From: Phoronis australis
Taxonomy: Eukaryota; Animalia; Phoronida
Length of the DNA stretch: 64,000 nt
Direction of reading: 5' to 3'
Assembly: GCA_002633005.1 (NCBI GenBank)
Contig: NMRA01000083.1
Coordinates: 959,161 to 1,023,160, forward strand
Position 1 is the stretch's first letter; every line of letters starts with the position of its first letter. The translations under genes and the position numbers were made by a program. Shown in pieces: positions 38,601-50,461 of the stretch. The notes under the pieces were generated by a model that saw only the letters and a list, made by a program, of their open reading frames with translations, searched no databases and was not told the origin of the DNA.

Positions 38601-39095
38601 ATTTACATCTCATCAACAGCTTCTGTTTCTTCATTGTCACTCAGCTTCCGTTTCCTTTGAAAAATGTGAAGTAATTTCCTTCATTGTACAGTAGAGCAGA
38701 CGACGGAAACGGAGTGGTAGTGTGCAGCGCCACTGCCGGTTGCCTAGGATTTCACGCACATATCGACCGGTAGCATCATAGTTACGATTGCACCGGTTAC
38801 CTGAATCGGACACTTGAATTCGGGTCTGAGCCCCCAAACCCCCACGCCNCCACACACACAAGCTAAAACTCCACACATTGTTGAATCTTGCTTCAACGTA
38901 TAATGTTAATTACCGGAATTAATTAATAACTCAATATTTCCTCAGTCGCGCTGTTACTGTATTATTTTTGCGGCAGCTAACTAAAGGGGGCCTTATATAC
39001 ATAAACGCTTTCATACATGTACATGTACATATACATGTATGCATACAGTGTGCGTGCATACGGGCATACATACATTGATACAGTCATACATACAT

Positions 39096-39128
<33 letters not shown>

Positions 39129-42100
39129 TACATACATACATGCATACAGTACATATACTTCGGTAGCAGCTCTTCATTGACACAAACTTGGTTGAAGACA
39201 CGACTGTACTTATTGTTGAATAGCTCGATATCTACTTGCTCGTACATTCAGGCATACCTACATGCACACATGCATGCATGCTTACATACCTACATGGATG
39301 CACACATACATACATAGGCAAACATAAACACATACATGTATGCACGCATACATACATGCATACATACATAAACACATTCATACATACATACATTCATAAC
39401 TACATAAAGACATTCATACATGCACCCATACATGTATGCTTACTAGCCTATATGTGTAAATAGGGCCAAACATACATATATACCTGCATGTACATATATA
39501 CATACGTACATACATGCTTACGTGAATACATATATTTCGATAACAGCCCTTCATTCACACAAACCCGGCTGATTGAAGGCACGGCTGTATTTTTTGTTTG
39601 ACAGTTTCGATACATACTCGCTCGTACTCTCCTATCTTTCGGCGTGCAATTGTACAGCAACACTTCACTGGTGGCCGGAAGACTGGCTGCCGGGCTGGTC
39701 GGCTGGCTGCCGGGCTGGTCGGCTGGCTGCCGGGCTGGTCGGCTGGCTGCCGGGCTGGCCGGCTGGCTGGCTGCTGGCCGGCTGGCTGGCTGCTGGCCGG
39801 CTGGCTGACTGGCTGTGTTGTTTATCGGCCTGGATCTTAATTATCATTGTAGCGGTTTGCAAGCCATAGGTTCGTTTGTTTGCCTTACGAGCCATGCACC
39901 AAAACTTCATACATAGAACGGGGTGTAGCCATCTCACGGCTATCGACACCGAATGTGTCGTAGGCTTCTCGTGAGTGCTCCTTGGTAATGATATTGGACA
40001 GTAGGTGAGCCGTGTTTATGAGTGGATGAAAAGAACTTACCGGGCATGTGTTACGTGTTTGTAAGTGAGCGCGACAGCAGTGTTGTTTCCACTCCTTGTA
40101 AATGAACCCATTGACCTACCCCAGTGCCGGGACATGTTCACCTCGACTCTAGGCTAGCTCAGGGTACGATTCCGTGCTTCTTGCGTGATTTTTGCGCTAT
40201 TTTCGCGAGCTTCTTCAGTTGGAAGGCTGGCGAGTTTTTTGACGTGCAGCGTAAGTGTCACCGATCAACAAATGTGTGTTCACTTATTTTAGATTGATAA
40301 AGTGTACCTCATTTTGTTCATACACTCCATAGTCGAGGTCCGCCAACAAGCCCCAACTCTAAGAAAGACATGCTGATGAAATGGTGCCAGATGATGACCA
40401 AGGAATATCCGGTGAGCGTGGCCAATTTATTGCTGTGCATGCCCTTAGCGGCCTGTTCTAAGATATAATAATATCTTCGGCATACTGCTATGTCTTGGTA
40501 AATATTGTCGTTTTTAATAAAAAGTCACGCTTGTGTGGTGGCTTTACATGTGCTTCAAAATCTTGAACATCAAAAATAAATAGAACTCTTTAAACTCGTT
40601 TTGGGTGAACATTTCAGACGAAAACCTGAAGTGTGAGAAGATGCGCATTTATCACTAGAGAAACGTAATGCGGTTTGTTTGGATCGCGTGTAAAATAGAA
40701 AGCCTATCCATTGTAGTTTTGCACTACTGAAACAAAACGTGTTGTGATTAGAGCAGAACTAGAATCGAGACGCCAACTCCTAAGCCTGCCGTCACATTTG
40801 CGGTTTATTTTCATATTGGAGAATTAAATGGATTTCTTGCTCCAAGAAAAAGACAATTTTCCCATCTCGACTCTAAAGACTACACACTATAAACTTCCAT
40901 GTATAGATGCCAAACGTACTAAGTGCACTGGTAGTTGGTCAACCTCCCTAAGTAAGCATTCCGTTCTTTCCTCTGTCAGTCGTTTGAGGCACCTAACATA
41001 GAAACGACATTTTAATTAACACCACCTTTCACGAAGATTTTTGGAAACGAGTGCAATCCGGCAGTAGCAATGTAGCAAAGATCTAGTAGGGTCGCAGTAG
41101 TAGTGTTATTAACCTCCTGCGACTTACAACTTACGGTCTCACGGGTCAACAACATGTCACTCAACCATGCACATAGCCAGCTATGCAACGACGCTGGGCA
41201 CTGGTAGTTCTGGGAGACTGGGATGTGTAAGTGTGGTGTACTTGATGTCTTGCTGTTCGTATGGCAATGAACGTCAGTTTGCTGAGATATAATTAACTGG
41301 CATGAGCAGTGTGAGACAGAGCAGAAGAGGCTGTTTTTGTAGAAAAATCTTGACTTTGCCGCTTCCTGAAAAATGCTTTCATCCCAGAATCAAGCCAAAA
41401 ACCTACGTATCTTTCCCACAAACGTGAAGTAGTAGCTTCTTGTGCCGGAAGCAAGGGCAGAACATACGATAAACCGTTCTCTACAGAACGCTGAGGGATT
41501 GGTGTCGGTAGACCGTGCTGGTGATGTAGTTTCACCAGGCATGATGCGTCCCCACAAGTACATGAGCACATCCTGTTTCCAGTGCATTCAGGTGGACTGT
41601 CTGAAGACACAGTGTAAAGAGCTTGCACGACGACAAAAGGCTGTGTTAGCACCGACTTCAAAGTCAGGCAAGCGTAACAGAAGCTCAAGCCATCTGGAGG
41701 GTGTCGCGGAAAGATATGCTGATGACAATGAGACGTCAGATAGGGACCGAAGACTTGTACATCAGTACAGACTTTGTGTTTGCCATTTGGTGTGATGAAA
41801 GGGTTCATCAAGTGACAGAAACGCCATCATTCTATGTGATAGTTAAATCTGCAGAAGTAGACTTGCCAGTCGAGTTATAGACACAGTACATCCACTTCTA
41901 CTGGCCGCCACGACATTTGAGGAGCCGATATGTCGACGTGACATGTCCCCTATTACATGCGATTGCGAGGCCCTTTGCTGTAGCTTTTCTACTTAATGGA
42001 TTGCCCCGCCTCCCGGTCGCAACATTGTTAATACCCTTGTGAAGATGTGGCCCCAAACTAAACGTTGTTTAACTTTATGCATAATCCGGTTTGCCCCTTA

Positions 42101-45100
42101 CGTTAATATAGTACTATGCAACCTGGGTTTGAGAGTATGACGAATTCGGTTGATGCCTTTGTTCTGTCAACTAAAATTCATGCAGTATTTGTGTACGTAC
42201 TTTTTTCAACGTCATCACTTGGCAATTTCAGTTAAAACAAGTCGGGATTACCAGTACTGTGCCCGGCGTCTGCGCGTAACATTTACAACTAGCGTACGGT
42301 ATCATGGCCAGTTTCCATCTGCAGCGTTAGTAGGCCAGCCATATCACGTCCTCCAACATGAATACTCGATATGCTAGCGCTCACATGTCGGATTCATAGA
42401 CCGATCTGGCAACCACTTCACTCATTCATTCTCTAAGTAGTGTACAATAAACTGTATTTTCAGGTCCACATCACCAATCTGTCTTCATCTTGGAACGATG
42501 GCATGGCCTTCTGTGCTTTAATTCACCACTTCTATCCCGACGCTTTCGACTTCGGCAAACTGAACCCGGCTAACAAAGAATATAATTTTAAACTTGCATT
42601 CGACACAGCAGAGTGAGTTGATGAGGTTCTATATTGATGTTTTGAAGATGTAGGCGTCTCATTTCCTGCTGGGACACTTTTTTTCTGGAGTGTAACTCAC
42701 GAGTTGACTCAGAGTTAAATAATCAACAACTTTCATTTCCTATAATAACTATTTTCAAGGAAAGTTCAGTGTCAAATTCAACTGGTTTCCGTATAGAACC
42801 CCAGGAAGGACCAAACAAAATTTACGTGACTGCGCATTTTTGTTTAGTGTTGGGAGAGACTTTTTGTAATTAGTAACTTTGACCAGAGATATAAAACAAC
42901 GAAATTCGCTGTTGTTTTTTGATTTAATCGCAAATCACCATTTCTCGACGTTGTCTGTCAGACGTTTGCTGAAACCATGTTAGTGTTTTTAGCATTTAAA
43001 TATACTTTGATACTCAATTGTTTTCCGCGTGATATTTGGCTAAGCGGCCTCCATGCAGAGCGTTCGTCTGCGCCAGTGACTGATGGGCTAGTGACCGGTG
43101 CTGAAAGAAATATTTATGATCGACATATGTCCCGAATAATGCATAAATGATACTTGCGTCGCAAGCTCGTTAGCAGAGATGAAAAGGAGACCGAGGTAGG
43201 CGATATAAGGTCATTTATTATGACGAATAGAATTTCAAGTAAATATAGTGAATACTGATAATAGAAATAAAAAAATGATAATCTCTGGTAAGATGGGCAA
43301 TAAAAAAGTGCCACAACAGATGTTGTAAGACAGCTCATTATGTCCCTCTCCCACATATTTGTTACCAGTACATTTTAAAGATCGTCCGTAGAGAGTTATG
43401 TTTCATAAACAAAACTGCACAAAAATGTCTGTAATGGCTAATGTTTTATTCTTTTCATTTCAATCAAACTATCCTATGACTGGAGTTTTCAAATCGGCTC
43501 CCTTTCGCAGAAATCTTCAAATGGGTTACCATCGTCGTCGACGATAAAATGTTTGACAGGTTCCGGAAAGACAACGTTCCCTTCCGAAAATAGACCCGGG
43601 CATATATTCATTTTTATCTGGCGTTTTTGAAAGGTTGTTTCCTAATACCCGCCCATGGGAAATGTCCGATATTTGTATTCCATTTTATTATTCACAAGTA
43701 GGTGTTTCCATACAAATTGTTTAGTATAATTTATCTTATCAGTTAAAACATAAATCGTTTGACCAGCTCCATGCCTAGGACATCCATGAAAAGAATCTTA
43801 CGTTGACACCTTAACAGGTCGAGATAGGGAGACTCGACCGGTCTGTGGACCACAGAAGCTGCCGGTTTAGATCAAAGACACTGTTGCGTTGATGTTGTGG
43901 TTAAATCGTCTCGAGCTGCTGATGTTATCGTTTACTAGATAATGGGAGCCATCATAAACACATTTGGGGCGACAATAGTATTTTTTAATTTTCTTTTTGA
44001 AAGTTTGTAAATAGCATATTTGAATAGTTCGTGGAAAGCACACCTTAAATATTTAAAATCTGAAAATTGAACAAGAAATGTGACTTTTACAGCCCAAAAC
44101 CTTTGTTTAATGTTGCAATATGTTTCCCATAAATTCTGCTGGGTGTGCAACATAATTGGGTCAATTACAAAACCACCAGGCAGCAGTTGGACTTTGAGGT
44201 AAACCAAGTGTCATCGTGCATATCTTGTCATGCACGGGCGATGTATTGCTTAAACTGTTTGTTTTTTGCCTGTGTTCGCGAACACAGTTGATTCTTGTTG
44301 ACCTGGGTGTGATGCCAGATTACGTGAAGACTATTTCGTAGAGCCGGCTACACGGATCTGATCTATTTTGTCTCATGATTGACCATAAAAATGCCGTAGA
44401 ATAAACTAGCAACGAAGGCTGGTCCTTCCAATAACAACACGCATTGTTACCCTCCACAAAACTTGTACCCTGGAACGGCAACACCTTTATTATTTCACTC
44501 TGTACGCTGGTGTTCGTTCATGTCAGTAGTGGCCTGAATGCCGTCACTGATCCGAACCTTACCCTTCTACACTTGTCCTCCTACTTAGAGTAATTCATTG
44601 TGTACAGAATAACAAAATGACACGCAAACGGTGTTTTATGAATTCTCCACCAGTATAAGGTAAGTCAACTCCTGACTTTCCAGTAGGGCGGAACTTGACT
44701 GTAGTTTCTACTTGTCCGAAGCCGGCTGCGCGCTGGACGCCGAAATGAGTGAGGCCAGATTACGTGATGGGTAGCTTGACTTTTGGTCAAAGCAACTTGG
44801 TATGTCACGTAACTCACGGTGGGATTGTGAGTTACCCAACAACAAGTCACGTGACATTTGCGAGCTCGTGCTTTTATAAAGATGACGTCGGCAAACATCG
44901 ATTGTTTATTTTTCATAAGTTTATGCGATTTAATATTTGGATTTATGGCGAAAAATGGCAAATCTGTAACATTACACTAATTTATTGGCAACCTTTGAGA
45001 CTGACTGGTCACGATATCGAAAATTTCAGTGATTCTCAAACACAATTTTTCAAAGGCAAACTAAAGTAGCTGCATGTTTTGTAAATTTGAATCAACGGAC

Positions 45101-47073
45101 GAAACAGTTTCGTGTCAAGTTTTTAAAGTGGACACAGCTGTAACGCCAAAGTCCCCGATGGTCATTTTCAGGCAACTAGTGCACTGGAACTTCCCTCGTC
45201 AATGCGTGGAGATGTTATTTTTAGTTTACAACTGTCTTTCTAAAACCGGTCTGAGGTGGTGGCGTGTTACTATTATTAAAATCTCTTGTTCTATTTACAC
45301 CGACCTCTTGTCTATTTACCCTGTCACGACGTTTCGGTCGGTCTATTCTCCGGCCATAGTCAGGCGTTCCCGCGTTCTTAGAAGAACGAGCACGGATATG
45401 CATCAAGATCAAAAGAAATCTGCAGTGATGCAGCACTCCAAGCAGCAATGACCAACCTGACGGAGACATTCGAAAGAAATGGCTACCCAAGGGATTCATC
45501 AAGTCGACTTTAACATCGCAAAGAGAAAGCGGCAGAAGAACGCCCACGGCAGACTATGCGCTTACCGTATATACATGTACCCGGAATAACCGAGAAGCTA
45601 GGACGCATATGTAAAGACTTTAAAATAAGAACAGTATACCGCAGCTCAGACTTACTGGGCGTTGACTGACAAAAGTCAAACCAAGAACTGACATGGGGAA
45701 AAAGAAATAAGTCATCTATGAAATCCCATGTGAATGTGGTGAATCATATATCATTGAAATATTAAGACCACTGGAGACGAGAATTGCTGAACATAAGAGG
45801 TGTTGTAGAGAGGGTAATACCTCATCAGGAGTAGCGGAACATATGTGGTCGAAACAACTCAATATCCAATGGAATAACATCCGACTGATCGTTGACAGTG
45901 AAACAGGTTGGACCAAGAGAAAGATCAAGGAAGCCATGTACATGAAAGTACAAGGCAATGTCTTCAGTCAGCCAAGTAAACAACCAAGTGACACCTGGCT
46001 CGGTCTACTTAGGAAGGTTTAAGTATAAAGAACGCGGGAACACCTGACGATGGCCGGAGAATAGACCGACCGAAACGTTGTGGCAATGTAAATAGACAAG
46101 TGGTCGGTGTCAAGACCAAGGGATTTAAATAATAGTTTACAACTGATCGTGTCTTTTTCTCGTGCTCAAGGATAGTCTTCGGTGTACTAATTCGCCTCGC
46201 TGGTTCCCTGTGCGTGCCGCTAGGTGGTCAGAGCCAGCACGAAGGTATAAAAAATTTTCCTCGGGAAATTTTTGTACACCGGCGTTTCTGATTGGCTAAT
46301 GGAATTCTCAACAGGCAGCACTTTACGCAAACCATGAAACTGGCTTGAGTGTTGGACTGAAGGGTAAAATGTGGTCTGCTGTCAGACAAATCGGTGCTTA
46401 AAATTTTTGTTTGGGAAATGTGAATCCTAGAAATTGTGGTTGCGCCTTTTCGGAGTGCATCATTCTGCTGTCGATGACATTTGTTTACGCTACTGTCCTG
46501 TATTCATACAGTATGAATAAACACCGGTTAAATCGGCCAGATACGTGTTTTTTGTACATGCGTGTGCTTCAAGCACGCGGCTATTAATCATCACTGCAGA
46601 AACGAAATAGTTGCTGCGACGCCACTTCCATGACAAGCCTAAAAATCGATCACAGTCCGCCATTTTTCCACGGTGTTGTAAAGCTAACCAATGACTGCTG
46701 AGGTTACATCAATGATAAAGCGCGTGCCACTGCGTGATACCTGTGTGCTAGCTAGGCACGGCGCAGGATACCAGCGAGCTAATTCGCATGTGTATGAACT
46801 CCAGCTGACAATCTGAGAGTGCCACGGAAGGGTACGTGGCTAACTGCGGTTATGTTTTCAGTGTGCAAAATTTCTTAATCTTGGTGCCGTTGCATCATTA
46901 AGCAGATTTGTGAGAATAAGACCTAAATATTTTGTAGACAACGAGCTGACATTACACCCTTACTCGATGTTGAGGACATGGTAACTATGGCAAAGCCGGA
47001 CTGGAAGTGCATATTTACGTATTTGTCGACAGTGTACTCCAAACTTCAAGGTAATGAACACGTTCGCTGCTAG
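32617..47073 (+). CDS. Short smoothelin-like calponin-homology domain protein (145 aa)
   Basis: Coding exons 32617-32690 (MSNARNFFKQLE..), 40333-40411 (..SKKDMLMKWCQMMTKEYP), 42464-42612 (VHITNLSSSWNDGMAFCALIHHFYPDAFDF..NFKLAFDTAE) and 46938-47073 (..PLLDVEDMV..PDWKCIFTYL..stop). Phases 2/0/2 are consistent. PDWKC and DGMAFCAL are typical of smoothelin-class CH domains. A likely 5'UTR exon ends at 32529; AATAAA at 47192. The first coding exon is less certain than the three CH exons. Confidence 0.85.
33005..33248. mobile_element. MITE with CAGTGGCG termini
   Basis: CAGTGGCGGATTT ... ATATGCCACTG; a related end lies at ~49205-49221. Confidence 0.55.
33522..38540 (-). mobile_element. 5-kb internally deleted DNA transposon, Sola3-like
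   Basis: TTAA TSD (33518-33521, 38541-38544). Imperfect TIRs share AGTCCACG..CAGCCA..AGCGGCAAGGTGGGGGTCA.CC. Decayed minus-strand coding remnants: Cys/His-rich N-terminus (37320-37705: CG..RDI..HL..CPNHR..LLPVSSG) and a C-terminal fragment (36540-36887: KGWVWK..GKKYL). Superfamily inferred. Confidence 0.65.
39000..39620. repeat. (CATA)n-rich low-complexity region with two ~375-bp related units
   Basis: Core TTCG.TA.CAGC.CTTCATT.ACACAAAC recurs at ~39160 and ~39536; a similar (CATA)n tract lies at 32770-33003. Confidence 0.85.
39682..39814. repeat. GC-rich minisatellite (20-bp unit GGCTGCCGGGCTGGTCGGCT decaying to (GGCT)n)
   Basis: Direct reading. Confidence 0.92.
45325..45366 (-). ncRNA. 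Second, antisense hammerhead motif copy with a core mutation
   Basis: Reverse complement: CGC-CTGACTA-stem II-GAAAC-GTC-GTG; G8 of CUGANGA is changed to U. Confidence 0.55.
46041..46082 (+). ncRNA. Minimal type I hammerhead ribozyme motif in the Penelope pseudo-LTR
   Basis: CAC-CTGACGA-(T GGCCGG agaataga CCGACC stem II)-GAAAC-GTT-GTG, with a palindromic ACGT stem III and a 3-bp stem I (CAC/GTG). Confidence 0.72.
46196..46778. mobile_element. Non-autonomous DNA element with 9-bp TSD
   Basis: TIRs CTCGCTGGTTCCCTGTGCGTGCC / GGCACGGCGCAGGATACCAGCGAG; perfect TSD CTAATTCGC (46187-46195, 46779-46787). Confidence 0.85.
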
Positions 47074-47879
47074 GCAACCACCGACGACATTACCTCACAC
47101 CGTTAGAGCAATGAAATACTGATCGAATTAGTATCAAAACAGGATGTAGCCATGCATTAATGGTGTATTTTATTGCGACAATGTCAACGGGAATAAAAGA
47201 GCATTCCTTGATCATTTGCTTCTTGCGATTATATCGAAATCCGCACTTATTTATGAAGGTTCGCTTCACTGAAGTCTATGCTCACTACAACCAAAGATTT
47301 GCTACAACTACATCTGTTCGTACACATTAGGCGTTGTTCTCCCGTTCAGTGACTTTACCAGACGTAGAGGATTGTGAGTGTGTGATAACATCTAGCTTTT
47401 GTTAACTATCAAGCACAGTCTTTTGTCTGGTATGACATCTACCAGGCTTATTACAGACCGCGTGTGAACAGTCAAACCCAGAGCAAATTGGTACGTTCGG
47501 AAAGAATAGATTGTCGTAACTTCGGTAGTTGGACGATTCTGACGATTCAAAAACTAAACATGGTCAAAATTTGACGAGGAATACAGATAGATGTTGGTTT
47601 ATGCTCAAATAACTTAACTTTCATTTTTAACAGCACAGCCCAGTCAAGCTAGCCTCGTTCTTTATTGGAGATTAGAGCAATTATCGAACAAAAGAGGCCC
47701 TCCAACCATGAATGCCAGAATGGAGTTAATCAGACGTGTAAGATATTGGATACAGGGGTCATCTTCCCAACTTGTTGGGCCATAGAATCGAACAAGTTGG
47801 GATCGACGGGAAAACGCCGTAATGACGAACGCAGCTTTTCACTTCAGGCAAATCGCAGCAGGAGGAGTTACCCGCTAGC

Positions 47880-50461
47880 TAGATCGGCAGCCCAGAGCAC
47901 TGAGCATTGATGAACGAGGTACCAACATGTGACCATATAGGAGCACTTAGAGTCCACCTCAGTATATTACGGAAATGGGCGTCTGTCGTTGTCTGCACTC
48001 TGGGTGCGACACCTGTGGGACCTTACTACGGGTACAAAAACGAACTAGATTAGGATATTTGAGGTACCGGCCAAAACTGATTAAAAACGGACAATAGTAC
48101 CGCACTGAAAACCAAATGACCCATGGCAGACAAATTGCATACTGGAATGGGTCCGGCAGACACCAAGACAGGAACCCCCAAAGATGAGTTAGCTCATCAC
48201 ACATTTGAGGTACCACAAAAAACCAATTCCATATGATTCAATACATGTCACTGATCATTAAATGCTTCATGACAGACAAAATACAATCTGGGTTGTGCCC
48301 GCCAGAACCCCCCCCCCAAATGTCAACAAAGGTATGTCATTGAAAATTTTGAGCTGGATTAGATATTCGAGGTACCAGCTAAAATTGATTTAAAACGAAT
48401 AACAGTACCGCAGTGAACACCGAATGGCCCATGACAGACGATTTGCGCTCTGGAAAGGGTCCGCCACCCAAAAAGACCCCCAAAAATGAGCTTCATTTTG
48501 CTTGGCATTCGAGCCAGGTACCACAAAAGACAAATTCCATGTGATTCAATTCATGTCACTGATCACTCAATGCCCCATGACAGACAAAATACACTCTGGG
48601 TTGTGCCCGCCAGAAATCCCCAAAAATCTCAACCACGGTATCCCATACCAAAAAAAGCCTTCCTGCAAACACTTGCCGCAAGCTTGCCGCAAAGTTGTGG
48701 CAAGCTTGCTGCAAAAGTTTCTGCAAACCAGCCGCAAACACGTAGAATCAAATCTGACCAAAGAGTGGATGCAAATTTCCTGCAACCCAGCCGCAAACAT
48801 TGCCGCAAGCTTGCGGCATGCTTGCCGCAAACATGCTGCAAACTTTTACCATGCAAATGAAGTTTGCCGCAAGCTTGCAGCAAACAGCTCTATGTACTTA
48901 TATGGAACAGTTCCTGCAACCCAGACGCACACATTGCTGCAAGCTTGCCGCAAACATCTTCATGGTGTTATATAGAAGTTCTGCGCGCCCAGCCTACAAT
49001 GTAGGGGTGTAAGGGGTCTCAAATTTTTGGGTTTGTGGACCTTGTTAATAAAAAAAAATAAAAAATAAAACAAACGGGGTTTGTTCAAGGCCTATGCATT
49101 GTGCATTTGGCCCCCGAGAGCCCTGGGTGCGCGCATATGCCAGTCAGCAATTCACACCCCGAACTGCCAAATGGAATCTGGGAGAATTTTAGGGGGGGCC
49201 TCCCCCCTAAATCCGCCACTGGGCACAACACAAAGTGTATTTTGTCTGACATAGGACATTTACGGAACCAGTTACATGTATTCATTCACGTGGAATTGGT
49301 TTTTTTGTGGTACCTCAAATGTACTGAGCTAGATCATTTTGGGGGTACTATTTTTGGGTTTCTGGCAGACCCTTGCTAGACTACAATTTGTCTTTCATGG
49401 CTCATTCGGTACACAGTGCGATACTTTTGTTCGCTTTTAATCAGTTTTAGCTGGTACCTCGAATATCTAGTCTAGCTCAAATTTTCCCTGGCATACGGTG
49501 GTTAACATTTTTGTGGGGTTTCTGGCGGGTACAACCCAGAGTGTATTTTGTCTGTCATGGGTCATTTAGTGATCAGTGACATCTATTGAATCACATGGAA
49601 TTTGTCTAATTTTGTGGTACCTTGAGTGTATGAGCTAGTTCATTTTTGGAGGGGTCCTTTTTGGGTTTCTGGCTTACATTTTTCAGAGTGAATATGTCTG
49701 CCATGGGTCATTCGGTGTTCACTGCGGCGTTGTTCGTTTTAAATCAGTTGTAGCTGGTACCTCCAGTATCTAATCAAGCTCAAATTTCCAATGGCATATT
49801 GCGATTGAGATTTTTGGATGGCACAACCGAAACTGTATTTTGTCTGTCATAGGACATTTAGTCACTAGTGACAAGTATTCATTCACATGGAATATGTCTA
49901 TGTGGTACCTCAAATGAATAGGTCATTTTTCGGGGTCCTTTTTGGGTTTCAGGCGTACCCTTGCCAGATGGCAATTTGTCTGTCATGGGTCATTCGGTGT
50001 TCAGTGCAGTAATATTGCTCGTTTTAAATAAGTTTTACCAGGTACCTCGAATATCTAGTCTAGGTCAAATTTTCAATGACATACGGTGGTCTATATTTTT
50101 GGGGGGTTCTGAAGGGCATAACCTAGAGTGTATTTTGTCTTTCATGGGGCATTTAGTGATCAGTGACATGTATTGAATCATATGGAATTGTTTTTTTGCG
50201 GTACTTCATTTTTGGTGGGTCCTTTTCCGGTTTCTGCCGGACCCATTCCAGAGTGCAATTTGTTTGTCATTTGCTGGTCAGTGCGGCACTATTGTCCGTT
50301 TCAAATCACTTTTGGCCGGTAACTCGAACATCTAATCTAGCTCGTTTTTTGGCCCCTTGAAAGGTCCCCAGGGGTATATACTGAGGTGGACTCTAAGTGC
50401 TACTATGGTTAGATGTTGGTACCTCGTTCATCTAAGCTAAGACCTCTGGGCTGCCTATCTA
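47880..50461. mobile_element. Foldback-type non-autonomous DNA transposon, TAG..CTA termini, 3-bp TSD (Academ-like)
   Basis: ~90-bp TIRs and TSD AGC. Arms are built from ~280-310-bp units, about 2 on the left and about 4 inverted on the right. The centre has a TTGCCGCAAGC-rich block (48660-48960) and MITE-A copy 4. Confidence 0.85.

Larger units (their letters stand above)
45235..46132 (+). mobile_element. 5'-truncated Penelope-like retroelement (GIY-YIG endonuclease relic, inverted pseudo-LTRs)
   Basis: 45711-45950 reads VIYEIPCECGESYI.E..RPLETRIAEHKR..SGVAEHMW..IQW..RKIKEAMYM. 45270-45380 is an inverted copy of 46028-46135. 13-bp TSD TAGTTTACAACTG at 45222-45234 and 46133-46145. Confidence 0.92.

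Noticed and set aside
39573-39949. Repetitive Trp/Gly/Ala- and Pro/Ala/Ser-rich ORFs
   Set aside because: These are translations of the GGCT minisatellite.
48486-49012. Overlapping ORFs in many frames, up to 157 aa
   Set aside because: A stop-poor TTGCCGCAAGC repeat block inside the foldback element; no protein motif.
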